Below, in pieces: positions 26,827 to 36,147 of a DNA stretch of 64,000 nt. Numbering within the stretch: the first letter of the stretch is position 1; every line of letters starts with the position of its first letter. A program made the position numbers and the translations under genes. This stretch comes from Berkelbacteria bacterium GW2011_GWE1_39_12 (lineage in GTDB: Bacteria; Patescibacteriota; UBA1384; UBA12157): assembly GCA_001029735.1 (NCBI GenBank), contig CP011213.1:720298-784297 (forward strand). The letters are read 5' to 3'. The notes under the pieces were generated by a model. It ran no database searches, was not told the origin of the DNA, and worked only from the letters and a program-made list of their open reading frames with translations.

Positions 26827-26849
26827 TACCACTACCTAGGGTGGGGGTA
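26827..26849. promoter_or_regulatory. Putative CsoR operator
   Basis: TACC...GGGGGTA G/C-tract pseudo-palindrome between a TTGACA/TATGAT promoter (26794-26821) and the csoR RBS. Confidence 0.65.
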
Positions 26850-26862
26850 AGAAAGGAAAAGT

Positions 26863-27135
26863 ATGAATCATTCAAGCGAAAAAACGATAGTGAATTTTAA
26901 AAAGGCCAAAGGTCACTTGGAAAAAGTAATTAAGATGGTTGAAGACGGCGAATATTGCATCGATGTTATGCAACAGAACTTAGCTGTAATCGGTTTATTG
27001 AAATCTGCCCATCAGATGTTAATGGAAGGCCATCTAAATACGTGTTTTAAGAGTGCGATGAAGTCTAACAATGAAAAAAGAAAACAGGAAATGATTGAGG
27101 AGATTTTAAAAGTTTCGAAACTATCTAATAAATAG
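26863..27135 (+). CDS. csoR: CsoR/RcnR family metal-sensing repressor
   Basis: 'G.L..V..MVE...YCIDV.QQ..AV', 'H...C' Cu(I) ligand pattern. Confidence 0.9.
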   Translation: MNHSSEKTIVNFKKAKGHLEKVIKMVEDGEYCIDVMQQNLAVIGLLKSAHQMLMEGHLNTCFKSAMKSNNEKRKQEMIEEILKVSKLSNK

Positions 27136-27142
27136 GAGGATA

Positions 27143-27838
27143 ATGGAAAAAAATATTTCAAATTGCTGTAAACCTGTTAAAAAATTCTCGGAGAGAAAAG
27201 GATTTTTCTGGGGAATTGTTTATGGTCTCATGCCGCATACATTTTGTATTTTTTTCGTACTTTGTTCTGTGGTTGGGGCGACGACCGGTTCTATATTCCT
27301 GAAAAGATTTTTTGTCATTCCTCATTTCTTTCAAATTTTAGTCGGACTATCATTATTTTTCGCAACTCTTTCAGCTTCTATATATTTAAGGAGAACAGGC
27401 AATTTTTCTTTAGTTGGTGCTAAAAGAAAATGGAGCTATTTGACTATTTTGTTTATCACGACAATTTGTGTCAATCTGTTTTTTTACTACATAGTTTTTC
27501 CATTGGCGGCGAATGTAAACAGTGGTCCGAAAATTGCACAACCAGCTAGTCCAGAAGTTACGATTGAAAACGGGGTACAGGTTGTTAGGATGACACAAAC
27601 TGGACGAGGCTACCAACCTAATGTCGTAACAGTCAAAGTTGATATGCCGGTAAAATGGATTATTACTGGTACAAACACTGGTTTTTGTACAGCTTTTATA
27701 GTGTCGAAGCAGTCAAATATTAATAGGGATTTAGTATTGGGTGAAAACGTTTTAGAATTCACTCCAAAGAAAATTGGCAAGATTAATTTTAGTTGTGCTA
27801 TGAACATGTATAAAGGTTATTTTAATGTAGTAGAATAG
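27143..27838 (+). CDS. Membrane protein with C-terminal cupredoxin-like domain
   Basis: 'YGL.PH..CI.F' TM region; 'GY.PN...V....PVKW', 'FSCAM.MY.G'. Confidence 0.75.
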   Translation: MEKNISNCCKPVKKFSERKGFFWGIVYGLMPHTFCIFFVLCSVVGATTGSIFLKRFFVIPHFFQILVGLSLFFATLSASIYLRRTGNFSLVGAKRKWSYLTILFITTICVNLFFYYIVFPLAANVNSGPKIAQPASPEVTIENGVQVVRMTQTGRGYQPNVVTVKVDMPVKWIITGTNTGFCTAFIVSKQSNINRDLVLGENVLEFTPKKIGKINFSCAMNMYKGYFNVVE

Positions 27839-27846
27839 GGGAAAAC

Positions 27847-30192
27847 ATGTCAAATGATAAAAAAATACAAATTAACCTTTCGGGGATGCACTGTGCTTCT
27901 TGCGCTCTGATCATTGAAAAGGAAATAAATAAATTGCCCGGTATAAAGCAGGCCAATGTTAATTTCGGGGCAGAAAAAGCATCGATTATTTACGACGAAG
28001 ATTCGTTGAAAATCGAAGAAATAACTAAGACTATTAAGAACGCTGGTTACGAAGCTGAAATCGTGGATGAAAATATGAGCGGTATGGATCATATGCATCA
28101 CAAAGAAGAAGCTTACGAAACATTGCGCAAAAAATTTATAGCCAGTTTAATTTTAAGCTTGCCGATGCTATATTTTATGCTTTTGGACTTTTTTAAATGG
28201 TTGCCAGGCTCAAATTTATTTCCTCCGTATATCGGAATAATCTCATTGGTATTGGCTACACCGGTTCAATTTGTTATAGGTAAAAATTTTTATAAAGGTA
28301 CTTGGTCGGCGCTTCGAATGAAAATGTTTAATATGGATAGCCTAATTGCTATCGGCACCTCTGTGGCTTATTTTTACAGTCTAATAAATTACATTAATTA
28401 CACTATTAGTGAGCATTCGTTAATCGGTCTTGAAGGCATGAAAATACCCGATCTCTATTTTGAAACGGCTGCCTTTTTAATCACTTTTGTCATTTTAGGG
28501 AAATTACTCGAAGCAAAAGCTAAGGGAAGAACTTCTCAAGCAATCCAAAAATTGATCACGTTGCAAGCCAAAACTGCTCGAGTGGTTCGTGACGGAGAGA
28601 CAAAAGATTTACCAATTGAAAAAGTTGTTGTTGGAGATATTATTCAAGTTAGACCGGGTGAAAAAATTCCGGTTGATGGCACAATTACAAAAGGCATTTC
28701 AGCTGTTGACGAATCAATGATCACAGGGGAAAGTATTCCGGTTGAAAAAAACATGGGTGACAAAGTGATTGGTGCCACTATAAATAAACAAGGAAGTTTT
28801 GAATTTCGCGCTGAAAAAGTGGGTTCAGACACTACACTCTCGCAAATCATAAAGTTAATCGAAGAAGCTCAGGGTTCGAAAGCGCCGATTCAGGGTTTCG
28901 CCGACAGAATTGCGGCTTATTTTGTGCCGATCGTTATTGGAATCGCTGTGTTAACCTTTTTAATTTGGTTTTTCCCTTTGCACGCCGGGCTTACCTTTTC
29001 CCTTTTGGCGTTTACGGCCGTCATTGTGATCGCATGTCCGTGCGCTTTGGGACTTGCCACTCCGACGGCAATTATGGTCGGAACGGGTAAAGGCGCAGAA
29101 CATGGTGTATTGATTAAGGGCGGAGAACCGCTTGAAGCTGCCAACACAATCAATACAATAATCTTTGATAAGACCGGGACATTAACCGTAGGAAAGCCAA
29201 TCGTTACTGATATAATCGGCCAAAAAGAAAATCTGCAAATTGCGGCCTCCCTTGAGCATGGCTCAGAACATCCCTTGGCCGGATCGATCCTGCAAAAAGC
29301 CAACGAAGAAAAAACTGATACTAAAGAAGTTGAAAACTTTAAAGCCATTGCTGGTCATGGTATTGAAGGTATTATTGATGGCCAAAAATATTATTTCGGT
29401 AATCGAAAACTTATTGCGGATGTTGCTAAGTTAAATTTATCAAAATTTGATTCTGAGCTTATTCGGTTGGAAGAAGAGGGTAAAACCGCCATGATTTTGT
29501 CAAGCGATAAAGAAGTTCTTGGTATTATTGCGGTAGCTGATACTGTCAAAGAGACATCGAAAAAAGCGGTTGAAAAGCTTAAATCAATGGGGATGGAGCT
29601 TTATATGATTACAGGTGACAATCAAAGAACCGCTCAGGCAATTGCCAAAGAACTGGGTATAGATAATGTTTTAGCTGAAGTTTTGCCGGAAGATAAGGCT
29701 CAAGAGGTTAAAAAATTGCAAAATTTGGGCAAAAATGTAGCAATGGTGGGCGACGGGATTAATGACGCACCTGCCTTGGCTCAAGCTGATTTGGGTATAG
29801 CGATGGGGTCTGGCACTGATGTAGCAATTGAAGCAGGTGGCATAGTTATTATTAAAAATGATTTAAATGATGTTGTTACTGCTATCGAGCTTTCACGAGA
29901 AACATTTTCAAAAATTAAACAGAATATGTTTTTTGCCCTGTTTTATAATGTGATCGGTATTCCGATTGCCGCAAGAGTTTTTATTGGCTTAGGATTGGTT
30001 TTAAAGCCGGAATTAGCAGGACTTGCCATGGCCTTGAGTTCAGTTTCTGTGGTATCTAATTCATTGCTGTTGAAATATTTTAAACCAGGTCGCAAAAATT
30101 ACATCTCGGTGATCGCGCCAATATTGATGATTATTGTTTTTAGTTTTTTGTTTTTTGAATTTGCACGTTTAAGTTCGAACATGGGAAAATAA
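27847..30192 (+). CDS. copA: Copper-translocating P1B-type ATPase
   Basis: GMHCASC metal-binding domain, [26 protein letters not shown] and M..SS Cu(I) signatures. Confidence 0.97.
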   Translation: MSNDKKIQINLSGMHCASCALIIEKEINKLPGIKQANVNFGAEKASIIYDEDSLKIEEITKTIKNAGYEAEIVDENMSGMDHMHHKEEAYETLRKKFIASLILSLPMLYFMLLDFFKWLPGSNLFPPYIGIISLVLATPVQFVIGKNFYKGTWSALRMKMFNMDSLIAIGTSVAYFYSLINYINYTISEHSLIGLEGMKIPDLYFETAAFLITFVILGKLLEAKAKGRTSQAIQKLITLQAKTARVVRDGETKDLPIEKVVVGDIIQVRPGEKIPVDGTITKGISAVDESMITGESIPVEKNMGDKVIGATINKQGSFEFRAEKVGSDTTLSQIIKLIEEAQGSKAPIQGFADRIAAYFVPIVIGIAVLTFLIWFFPLHAGLTFSLLAFTAVIVIACPCALGLATPTAIMVGTGKGAEHGVLIKGGEPLEAANTINTIIFDKTGTLTVGKPIVTDIIGQKENLQIAASLEHGSEHPLAGSILQKANEEKTDTKEVENFKAIAGHGIEGIIDGQKYYFGNRKLIADVAKLNLSKFDSELIRLEEEGKTAMILSSDKEVLGIIAVADTVKETSKKAVEKLKSMGMELYMITGDNQRTAQAIAKELGIDNVLAEVLPEDKAQEVKKLQNLGKNVAMVGDGINDAPALAQADLGIAMGSGTDVAIEAGGIVIIKNDLNDVVTAIELSRETFSKIKQNMFFALFYNVIGIPIAARVFIGLGLVLKPELAGLAMALSSVSVVSNSLLLKYFKPGRKNYISVIAPILMIIVFSFLFFEFARLSSNMGK

Positions 30193-30218
30193 TCAATTAA
30201 TAAAAGAAAGGATTTATT

Positions 30219-30356
30219 ATGATGGGAACTGATTACGGCACGATGATGGGGTCAAATGGCGGAGTAATGATGCTTTTTGGCTGGTTGGCCTATCTACTTT
30301 TTGTCGTGTTAATTGTCCTTGGCATTGCTGCGATTTTAAAATATCTAAAAAAATAA
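30219..30356 (+). CDS. Small Met-rich single-pass membrane protein (not in ORF track)
   Basis: GAAAGGA RBS; MMGTDYGTMMGSNGGVMMLFGWLAYLLFVVLIVLGIAAILKYLKK*. Confidence 0.75.
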   Translation: MMGTDYGTMMGSNGGVMMLFGWLAYLLFVVLIVLGIAAILKYLKK

Positions 30357-30366
30357 AATTTTCAGC

Positions 30367-30855
30367 TTAAGAGTTAGCAGGCTCTTCTATTGTGGTTGAT
30401 TCAATCTCTGCGCCATTGGTTGGCAAGTTCGGTAAATCCAATTCAACTTTAGCCGCATATTTTCCTTCTTCATCACGGTCGTCCCAATTTTTCTTCTTTG
30501 GTAAGAATTTGACGACAATTTTAAACTGGCGTTTGTCGCCATCGGCATCTTCGATTTCATTAGCGTTGCTTTCTTTATGGTACTCAACGACTTCACTGGA
30601 TAAAATCTCTTCTAAAGTATCTAATTCTTCTTTGTTTTCTTTGATATCGGCAATAATTTTTTGAGTTTCCTGTTGGGCCAGGATCTCGTTTTTGATTCTT
30701 TTTCGTTTTTCTGTCGCGGTTTTTACTTCTTCGCTAGCCTCTAAATATTGAGTGTTGTTCTCGAGTTCATTTTTTAAAGTTTCTCGGGCCACTTTATTTT
30801 CATTTTTGTAATTTTCGACCTCTGTCATTCTCTTGTGAATACTGGAAAGTTCCAT
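30367..30855 (-). CDS. Hypothetical coiled-coil protein
   Basis: 162 aa, Glu/Lys-rich helices, AAGGAG RBS. Confidence 0.7.
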   Translation of the reverse strand: MELSSIHKRMTEVENYKNENKVARETLKNELENNTQYLEASEEVKTATEKRKRIKNEILAQQETQKIIADIKENKEELDTLEEILSSEVVEYHKESNANEIEDADGDKRQFKIVVKFLPKKKNWDDRDEEGKYAAKVELDLPNLPTNGAEIESTTIEEPANS

Positions 30856-30879
30856 TGATCTCCTTTTTATATTTTGCTT

Positions 30880-30914
30880 TACAAATCTCCGCGATAAAGC
30901 CTTATTGCTTTAAC
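30880..30914 (-). repeat. RBS-adjacent hairpin element, diverged copy E
   Basis: Minus strand GTTAAAGC-AATAAG-GCTTTATC-GCGGAGATTTGTA upstream of the 30855 gene. Confidence 0.6.
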
Positions 30915-31007
30915 TTACGTGAGCCTATTGTATCAAATATTTAGCATTGAGCAAAAGACTGGTATACTGAAAATACAAAGGAGTATATATGCAAGGATTA
31001 GAAATTA

Positions 31008-31041
31008 TAGCCAAACTTCCGTTTGGCGCGGAAATTTCTAG
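31008..31041 (+). repeat. RBS-adjacent hairpin element, copy C
   Basis: TAGCCAAAC-TTCC-GTTTGGC-GCGGAAATTTCTAG followed by AAGGAAATT-ATG. Confidence 0.85.
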
Positions 31042-31050
31042 AAGGAAATT

Positions 31051-31251
31051 ATGCAAGTACTAGAAATTATTAAATTTGTCTGGCCATTAATCATTCTGCA
31101 GTTAGCTGTCCAAGTTTATGCTATTTATGATTTAGCAAAACGCGGCAAAACAAAGAATCTTAATTTTGCAATCTGGTTAATTATCATTATACTCGGCGAG
31201 ATTTTAGGTAGCATAGTTTATTTGTTGGTTGGCCGGGCAGAGGAGGAATAA
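31051..31251 (+). CDS. PLDc N-terminal domain small membrane protein
   Basis: 'A..DL.......K...W..II.......G...Y...GR'; commonly precedes ABC-2 exporters. Confidence 0.8.
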   Translation: MQVLEIIKFVWPLIILQLAVQVYAIYDLAKRGKTKNLNFAIWLIIIILGEILGSIVYLLVGRAEEE

Positions 31252-32171
31252 TGAGCGCAATTAAAATAGAAAACCTCTCGAAAGTTTTTGGCGATTTTAA
31301 GGCACTGGATGATCTCTCGTTTGAGGTTTCTGAAAACTGTGTTTTTGGCTTTCTGGGACCAAATGGCGCCGGTAAAACTACGACTATTCGAATGTTAGTA
31401 GGACTATCAAGGCCAACTAGTGGAAGAATATTTATTGACGGTGAGGAAGTAGTCTTTGGGAAAACTATGGTAAACAATAAATTCGGATATTTGCCAGAGC
31501 AGCCCGCATTTTATGGTTGGATGACAGGCGAAGAATATTTAAGTTTTATTGCCGATCTATTCTTGATCAAGGACAAAGAAACGGAAATAAAACGGGTTTT
31601 AACCTTGGTAAAGCTGACTGATGCTAAATCTCGCCGCATCGCCGGTTATTCGAACGGAATGAAACAAAGATTGGGTATCGCTCAGGCTTTAATCAACAAG
31701 CCAAAGGTTTTGATTTTAGATGAGCCAGTTTCAGCGTTAGATCCTATCGGCCGCAAAGAAGTCTTGGAAATTTTACTTGATTTAAAAAAAGATCATACAA
31801 TTTTTCTTTCGACTCACATCTTATCGGATGTTGATCGGATTTGCGATGATGTAGCAATTTTGGATCACGGCAAGCTAATTACCGTGGCAAAACTTTCAGA
31901 GCTAAAAAATGAATATGCGGCGCCAGTTCTGGAAATTGAATTTGATGAGGATCCTAAAGGCGTGGCCGAAGAATTGCGCAAAGAGAAATGGGTGCAGAAA
32001 GTCGAACAGCAAGGAGAAATTATTAGAGTTTGGTTAAAGGACGAAGCTGTTATCGATAAGAACCTTCCTTTAAAAGCCGTTTCCAAATTTAATTACGGAA
32101 TTGTTCATTACGGCATGTTGCAACTACAAACTGAGGATTTATTTATGAACCTAGTTGGGGAGGACAAATGA
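31251..32171 (+). CDS. ABC transporter ATP-binding protein
   Basis: GPNGAGKT, YSNGMKQR, LILDEP. Confidence 0.95.
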   Translation: MSAIKIENLSKVFGDFKALDDLSFEVSENCVFGFLGPNGAGKTTTIRMLVGLSRPTSGRIFIDGEEVVFGKTMVNNKFGYLPEQPAFYGWMTGEEYLSFIADLFLIKDKETEIKRVLTLVKLTDAKSRRIAGYSNGMKQRLGIAQALINKPKVLILDEPVSALDPIGRKEVLEILLDLKKDHTIFLSTHILSDVDRICDDVAILDHGKLITVAKLSELKNEYAAPVLEIEFDEDPKGVAEELRKEKWVQKVEQQGEIIRVWLKDEAVIDKNLPLKAVSKFNYGIVHYGMLQLQTEDLFMNLVGEDK

Positions 32172-32947
32172 AAAGCCATATTTTTTGGAGCTTATTAAAA
32201 AAAGATTTTTTAGATTTGTTACGATCAAAAAAGATTTTAATTTTAGGAATAATATTTCTGTTTGTTGCAATTTCTTCAGTAGTTTTAGCGAAAGTTATGC
32301 CTCAGATTTTAAATTCGCTACCTCAAACCCCAGGATTAACCATTAGTTTACCAACGCCAACTTATTTAGATTCAGTCGATCAGTTTGTGAAAAACCTCTC
32401 CCAATTGGCAATTTTTGTTTTAGTCTTTCTTGTTGCCGGAACGGTTGTCGACGAAAAAACTAAAAAGACTTTGGAACTTACCTTAACCAAGCCAATTTCT
32501 AAAAAAGCATTTATTTTGAGTAAATACGCGGCAAATTTGGGTTCAATCAAAGTTGTATATTTAATTTCAGCGCTAATATTTTATTTTTACACAGTTACAA
32601 CCTTTGCAAGTTTTAGCTTTATCAACTTTTTAATCATGTCGCTTTTGATTTTGGTTTACTTAATTCTCATTTCTTCAGCCACAATTTTCTTTAGCACTAT
32701 TGCCAGTAGCCCAATTATGGCGGCCATTGGCGGTTTTGTTAGCATGATTATTTTAGGTACGGTTTGGGGATTAATTAAATCAATTAAAAATTACTCACCG
32801 TATAAATTAGTCGGTGATTATAAAGAAATTATTACCAGTGGTTGGAACAAAGATTTGTTATTCCCATTGTTAATATCGATAGTTTTAATCATCAGTTTTG
32901 TTTGGGCATCGATTATAGTCTTTCAAAAACAGGAAATTGAGCGTTAA
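32168..32947 (+). CDS. ABC-2 type transporter permease
   Basis: 6 TM segments; 'E....TLEL.LTKPIS......SK'. Confidence 0.85.
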   Translation: MKSHIFWSLLKKDFLDLLRSKKILILGIIFLFVAISSVVLAKVMPQILNSLPQTPGLTISLPTPTYLDSVDQFVKNLSQLAIFVLVFLVAGTVVDEKTKKTLELTLTKPISKKAFILSKYAANLGSIKVVYLISALIFYFYTVTTFASFSFINFLIMSLLILVYLILISSATIFFSTIASSPIMAAIGGFVSMIILGTVWGLIKSIKNYSPYKLVGDYKEIITSGWNKDLLFPLLISIVLIISFVWASIIVFQKQEIER

Positions 32948-32959
32948 TGTGTAGATTTT

Positions 32960-33046
32960 ATGTTTAATCGAATTACTTCCGAAAAAGCAAGAGAATTACC
33001 TGAGCCAAACTATAAGAAAGCGTTGGAGATACTTCAAAATGTCTAA
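32960..33046 (+). pseudogene. Short ORF / possible C-terminal gene remnant
   Basis: MFNRITSEKARELPEPNYKKALEILQNV*, stop overlaps the next gene, no RBS. Confidence 0.3.
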
Positions 33047-33542
33047 AATAACTATTGTAGATGAAAATGACGATGTGATTGGCATAAAAGAAAGAGATGA
33101 GGTAACCTCGGCGGATATTTATCGTGCCACTGGTCTTTGGATAACAAATTCCAAAGGCGAGATTTTATTGGCTCAAAGAAGCTTTAATAAAAGCCATAGT
33201 CCGGGCAAGTGGGCGCCGGCCGTCGCTGGAACGGTTGAAGAAAACGAGAGCTATGAGCAAAATATCTACAAAGAAGCTGAAGAGGAAATGGGGATCGTGG
33301 ATATTAAATTTGAACTTGGCCCAAAATGGCGAACATCAAATAAATATAATTATTTCGCTCAAATATTTACAGTTGTATTAGATTGGCCGTTAGAAAAATT
33401 TAAGGTTGATTATCGAGAAGCTGAACAGATCAAATGGTTTAGAAAAGATGAACTCATAAAAGAAATTACAGCTTGTCCGCGAAATTTTACCTCAGCTGCA
33501 CCTAGGATGCTGAGTGTTAATATAAAAATCGAAAGCGATTAG
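33039..33542 (+). CDS. NUDIX hydrolase (IDI type 1-like)
   Basis: 'IVDEND..IG', 'LL.QRS..K...PG.W...VAG.VE..ESY......E..EE.G'. Confidence 0.85.
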   Translation: MSKITIVDENDDVIGIKERDEVTSADIYRATGLWITNSKGEILLAQRSFNKSHSPGKWAPAVAGTVEENESYEQNIYKEAEEEMGIVDIKFELGPKWRTSNKYNYFAQIFTVVLDWPLEKFKVDYREAEQIKWFRKDELIKEITACPRNFTSAAPRMLSVNIKIESD

Positions 33543-33711
33543 ATTTATCTAAGAATTGAATGGGTTCAAATTAAAAAAGACTTGTTTCTTTTTGTCCTCT
33601 TACGAACTCTGCGAAATCCTTTATAATAATTTTTTGTGAATATTTCTCAGGAAAGATTTGGCTTATTTTAATATACTTAAGATCGCAAACCTTAATAGAA
33701 AGGATAATATG

Positions 33712-33751
33712 GACAAAGCAAAAGCTTGTCGCAGAATTACTCCTTTCCTAG
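33712..33751 (+). repeat. RBS-adjacent hairpin element, copy D
   Basis: GACAAAGC-AAAA-GCTTGTC-GCAGAATT(actcc)TTTCCTAG followed by AAAAGAGAAAAT-ATG. Confidence 0.7.
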
Positions 33752-33763
33752 AAAAGAGAAAAT

Positions 33764-34141
33764 ATGGACGGTGTCGTACATTTCGAAATCCCTGCTGACG
33801 ACCTGGATCGCGCAAAGGAGTTTTATAGCGAAATCTTCGGCTGGAAAATGAATGACATGCCGGAAATGAAGTATGTTATTGCTTGGACAGGTGAAACCGA
33901 TCCGGAAAGTGGCACGCTCAAAGAAAAAGGAATGATTAACGGTGGTATGATGCAGCGTGACCCCGAGGTTTCTCACCCAGTTATTACGATCGATGTTAAA
34001 GACATCGATGAGTCCATGATGAAAATTAAAGAAATGGGCGGAGAGGAATTAAAAGCAAAGATGGAAGTTGGGGACATGGGCTATGCCGCATATTTCAAAG
34101 ATACCGAAGGAAATGTAATGGGTCTCTGGCAAAACAAATAG
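33764..34141 (+). CDS. VOC/glyoxalase family protein
   Basis: 'VVHFEIPADD..RA..FY..IFGW', 'INGG', 'YF.DTEGN..GLW'. Confidence 0.92.
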   Translation: MDGVVHFEIPADDLDRAKEFYSEIFGWKMNDMPEMKYVIAWTGETDPESGTLKEKGMINGGMMQRDPEVSHPVITIDVKDIDESMMKIKEMGGEELKAKMEVGDMGYAAYFKDTEGNVMGLWQNK

Positions 34142-34223
34142 ACAATTGTTTGGTCTTTTGAAATAATAGAGATGGCTTGAAGCCATCTTTATTATTAAGA
34201 TATAAATGCAAAAAGGATCATAA

Positions 34224-34574
34224 ATGGACATCAATGAATATCAAAAATTAGCAACAAGAACGGCTAAAAACTATAAGAATCAGAGGGCTTTAATGAATTG
34301 GGGATTGGGCGTGGCCGGCGAGGCGGGCGATATTGCCGGCTGCATTAAGAAAACGGTTTTTCATAAAAACGATCAAAGCGATGGAGTTCGGGAAAATATC
34401 GGCGATACGATGTGGTACTTAGCCATGATTTGTAACACTATGGGCTGGAGCCTGGAAGATATTTTAGAAGAAAATATTGATAAATTAAGAAAGCGCTATC
34501 CTGAAGGTTTTACATTTAAAGATGCACAGCGCGGCAAAACACGCGTTGATTGGATGGAAAAAAATGGCCAATAA
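34224..34574 (+). CDS. MazG-like nucleotide pyrophosphohydrolase
   Basis: 'EYQ..A.RT', 'GLG..GEAG', 'GD..WY', 'N..KL..RYP.GF'. Confidence 0.88.
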   Translation: MDINEYQKLATRTAKNYKNQRALMNWGLGVAGEAGDIAGCIKKTVFHKNDQSDGVRENIGDTMWYLAMICNTMGWSLEDILEENIDKLRKRYPEGFTFKDAQRGKTRVDWMEKNGQ

Positions 34575-34980
34575 AATCGGCGCGAAAAAATTAATCGCTT
34601 CTTGCGGTATGAATTGTGGTATCTGTAAATTCTATTTACGAGAAAAAGATGGCTGCCCTGGATGTCATGTACAACCGAAAGAAACTTGTCTCAAATGTAG
34701 AATTAGAATTTGTGAAAAACACACTGGAGATTTTTGTTATGATTGTAAAGAATTTCCTTGCCAGCGATTGAAAAACTTAGATAAGAGATACCGATCTAAA
34801 TATAATATGAGCGAGATTGAAAATTTGCATTTTATCCGAGAAAACGGAATGGAAAAATTTTTAGAAAAAGAAAATAAAAAATGGGCATGTTCTAAATGCG
34901 GCGGAGTAATTTCCTGCCACACACAAGAATGTTCTCAGTGTGGCGTAAAAAATGCAAAAATAAAGGATAAAAATGTTTAA
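34564..34980 (+). CDS. DUF3795 Cys-rich protein
   Basis: 'IA.CG..C..C', 'C.GC', 'C.I..C', 'FC..C..FPC..L..LD.RY'. Confidence 0.8.
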   Translation: MANKIGAKKLIASCGMNCGICKFYLREKDGCPGCHVQPKETCLKCRIRICEKHTGDFCYDCKEFPCQRLKNLDKRYRSKYNMSEIENLHFIRENGMEKFLEKENKKWACSKCGGVISCHTQECSQCGVKNAKIKDKNV

Positions 34981-35551
34981 ATATCAGTGGAATGCGTGGC
35001 TACAATTGAGTAGTATGAGCCCGAGAGAATTTATTTGTGGATTTTGCGGAAAGGATGTTGGTTCTGATCATGGATACTTTAGTCAGACTCATGGTGGAAT
35101 ATCAATTGTAATTTGCACGAATTGTGGTCGTCCAACTTTTTTTGAAAACAATTCTCAAACACCTGGTCCTTTACTTGGACGAAGTGTTAAACATCTTCCT
35201 AGTGATATTAAAACTATTTATCAAGAAATGCGCAGTTCTATTAAGGAAAAAAATTATACTGCTACTTTGTTATTAGGGCGTAAGCTGATAATGCATACTG
35301 CCGTAGACTTGGCTGGAGCAAAAGAAGGTGAAACATTCGCGGCTTATGTCGATTTTCTTAAATGTAAAAATTATATACCACCAAATGGTGAAAAATGGTT
35401 AAAGTATATAAAAGATTTAGGAAATGAGAAAAATCATGAGATAAAACTTGGGACACTGGAAGAAGCTACTAAAATATTATCATTCATTGAAATGATGCTT
35501 ATTTTTACTTATGAATTTCCAAATGAACACGAAGAAGGGATAAATAAATGA
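34973..35551 (+). CDS. Zn-ribbon + DUF4145 (HEPN-like) protein
   Basis: CGFC...CTNC, 'IY.E....', 'GRKL', 'LGNE.NH'. Confidence 0.7.
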   Translation: MFKYQWNAWLQLSSMSPREFICGFCGKDVGSDHGYFSQTHGGISIVICTNCGRPTFFENNSQTPGPLLGRSVKHLPSDIKTIYQEMRSSIKEKNYTATLLLGRKLIMHTAVDLAGAKEGETFAAYVDFLKCKNYIPPNGEKWLKYIKDLGNEKNHEIKLGTLEEATKILSFIEMMLIFTYEFPNEHEEGINK

Positions 35552-36147
35552 AAATATTTTTAACTTCTAGCGCCTATCAGGTTATGGATAAAATCGTGTC
35601 AGAGCTTCCTATGAAGCCCTCTGAATTAAAAGTGGTATTTATTCCTACTGCCGGCGATCCATATGATGATGATCGGCCATGGCAAAAAGCCGATCATGAT
35701 AAGCTTAGTGAATTAGGTTTTGTTGTCACCGACTTTGATCTAAAAGAAAAAACCGAAAGCGATGTGCGTGATATTTTGGGAAAGGTTGATGTTATTTTTG
35801 TCGCCGGTGGTAACACTTTTTATTTATTAGAAAAGGCGAGAGAGAGTGGTTTTGAAAAAGTGATCAAAGAACTAAATGATTCCGACAAAATTTATATCGG
35901 CTCAAGTGCTGGTTCATGTATTGCTGGTCCAGATCTCGAACCAATTGCGCCTATCGATGATCCTGAAAAGGCAAATTTGGACAATACAAAGGCTTTTGGT
36001 CTTGTTGATTTTGTCGTTCTGCCTCATCATGGTAACCCAAAATATGATATTTTGCATGAAAAAGTGATTAAAGAATTCGGAAATAAATATGAAATTAAGA
36101 CGATTACTAATGAACAGACTATCGCAATTAATGATAAGGAAAATTGA
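35548..36147 (+). CDS. Peptidase S51 (dipeptidase E-like)
   Basis: 'FIPTA', 'IFV.GGNTF.LL', 'YIGSSAGS', 'LPH'. Confidence 0.9.
   Translation: MKIFLTSSAYQVMDKIVSELPMKPSELKVVFIPTAGDPYDDDRPWQKADHDKLSELGFVVTDFDLKEKTESDVRDILGKVDVIFVAGGNTFYLLEKARESGFEKVIKELNDSDKIYIGSSAGSCIAGPDLEPIAPIDDPEKANLDNTKAFGLVDFVVLPHHGNPKYDILHEKVIKEFGNKYEIKTITNEQTIAINDKEN

Noticed and set aside
28917-29348. 143-aa antisense ORF (and similar shadows in uvrA, ABC genes, CapA, TCS)
   Set aside because: Opposite-strand shadows of well-supported genes with no motifs or RBS.
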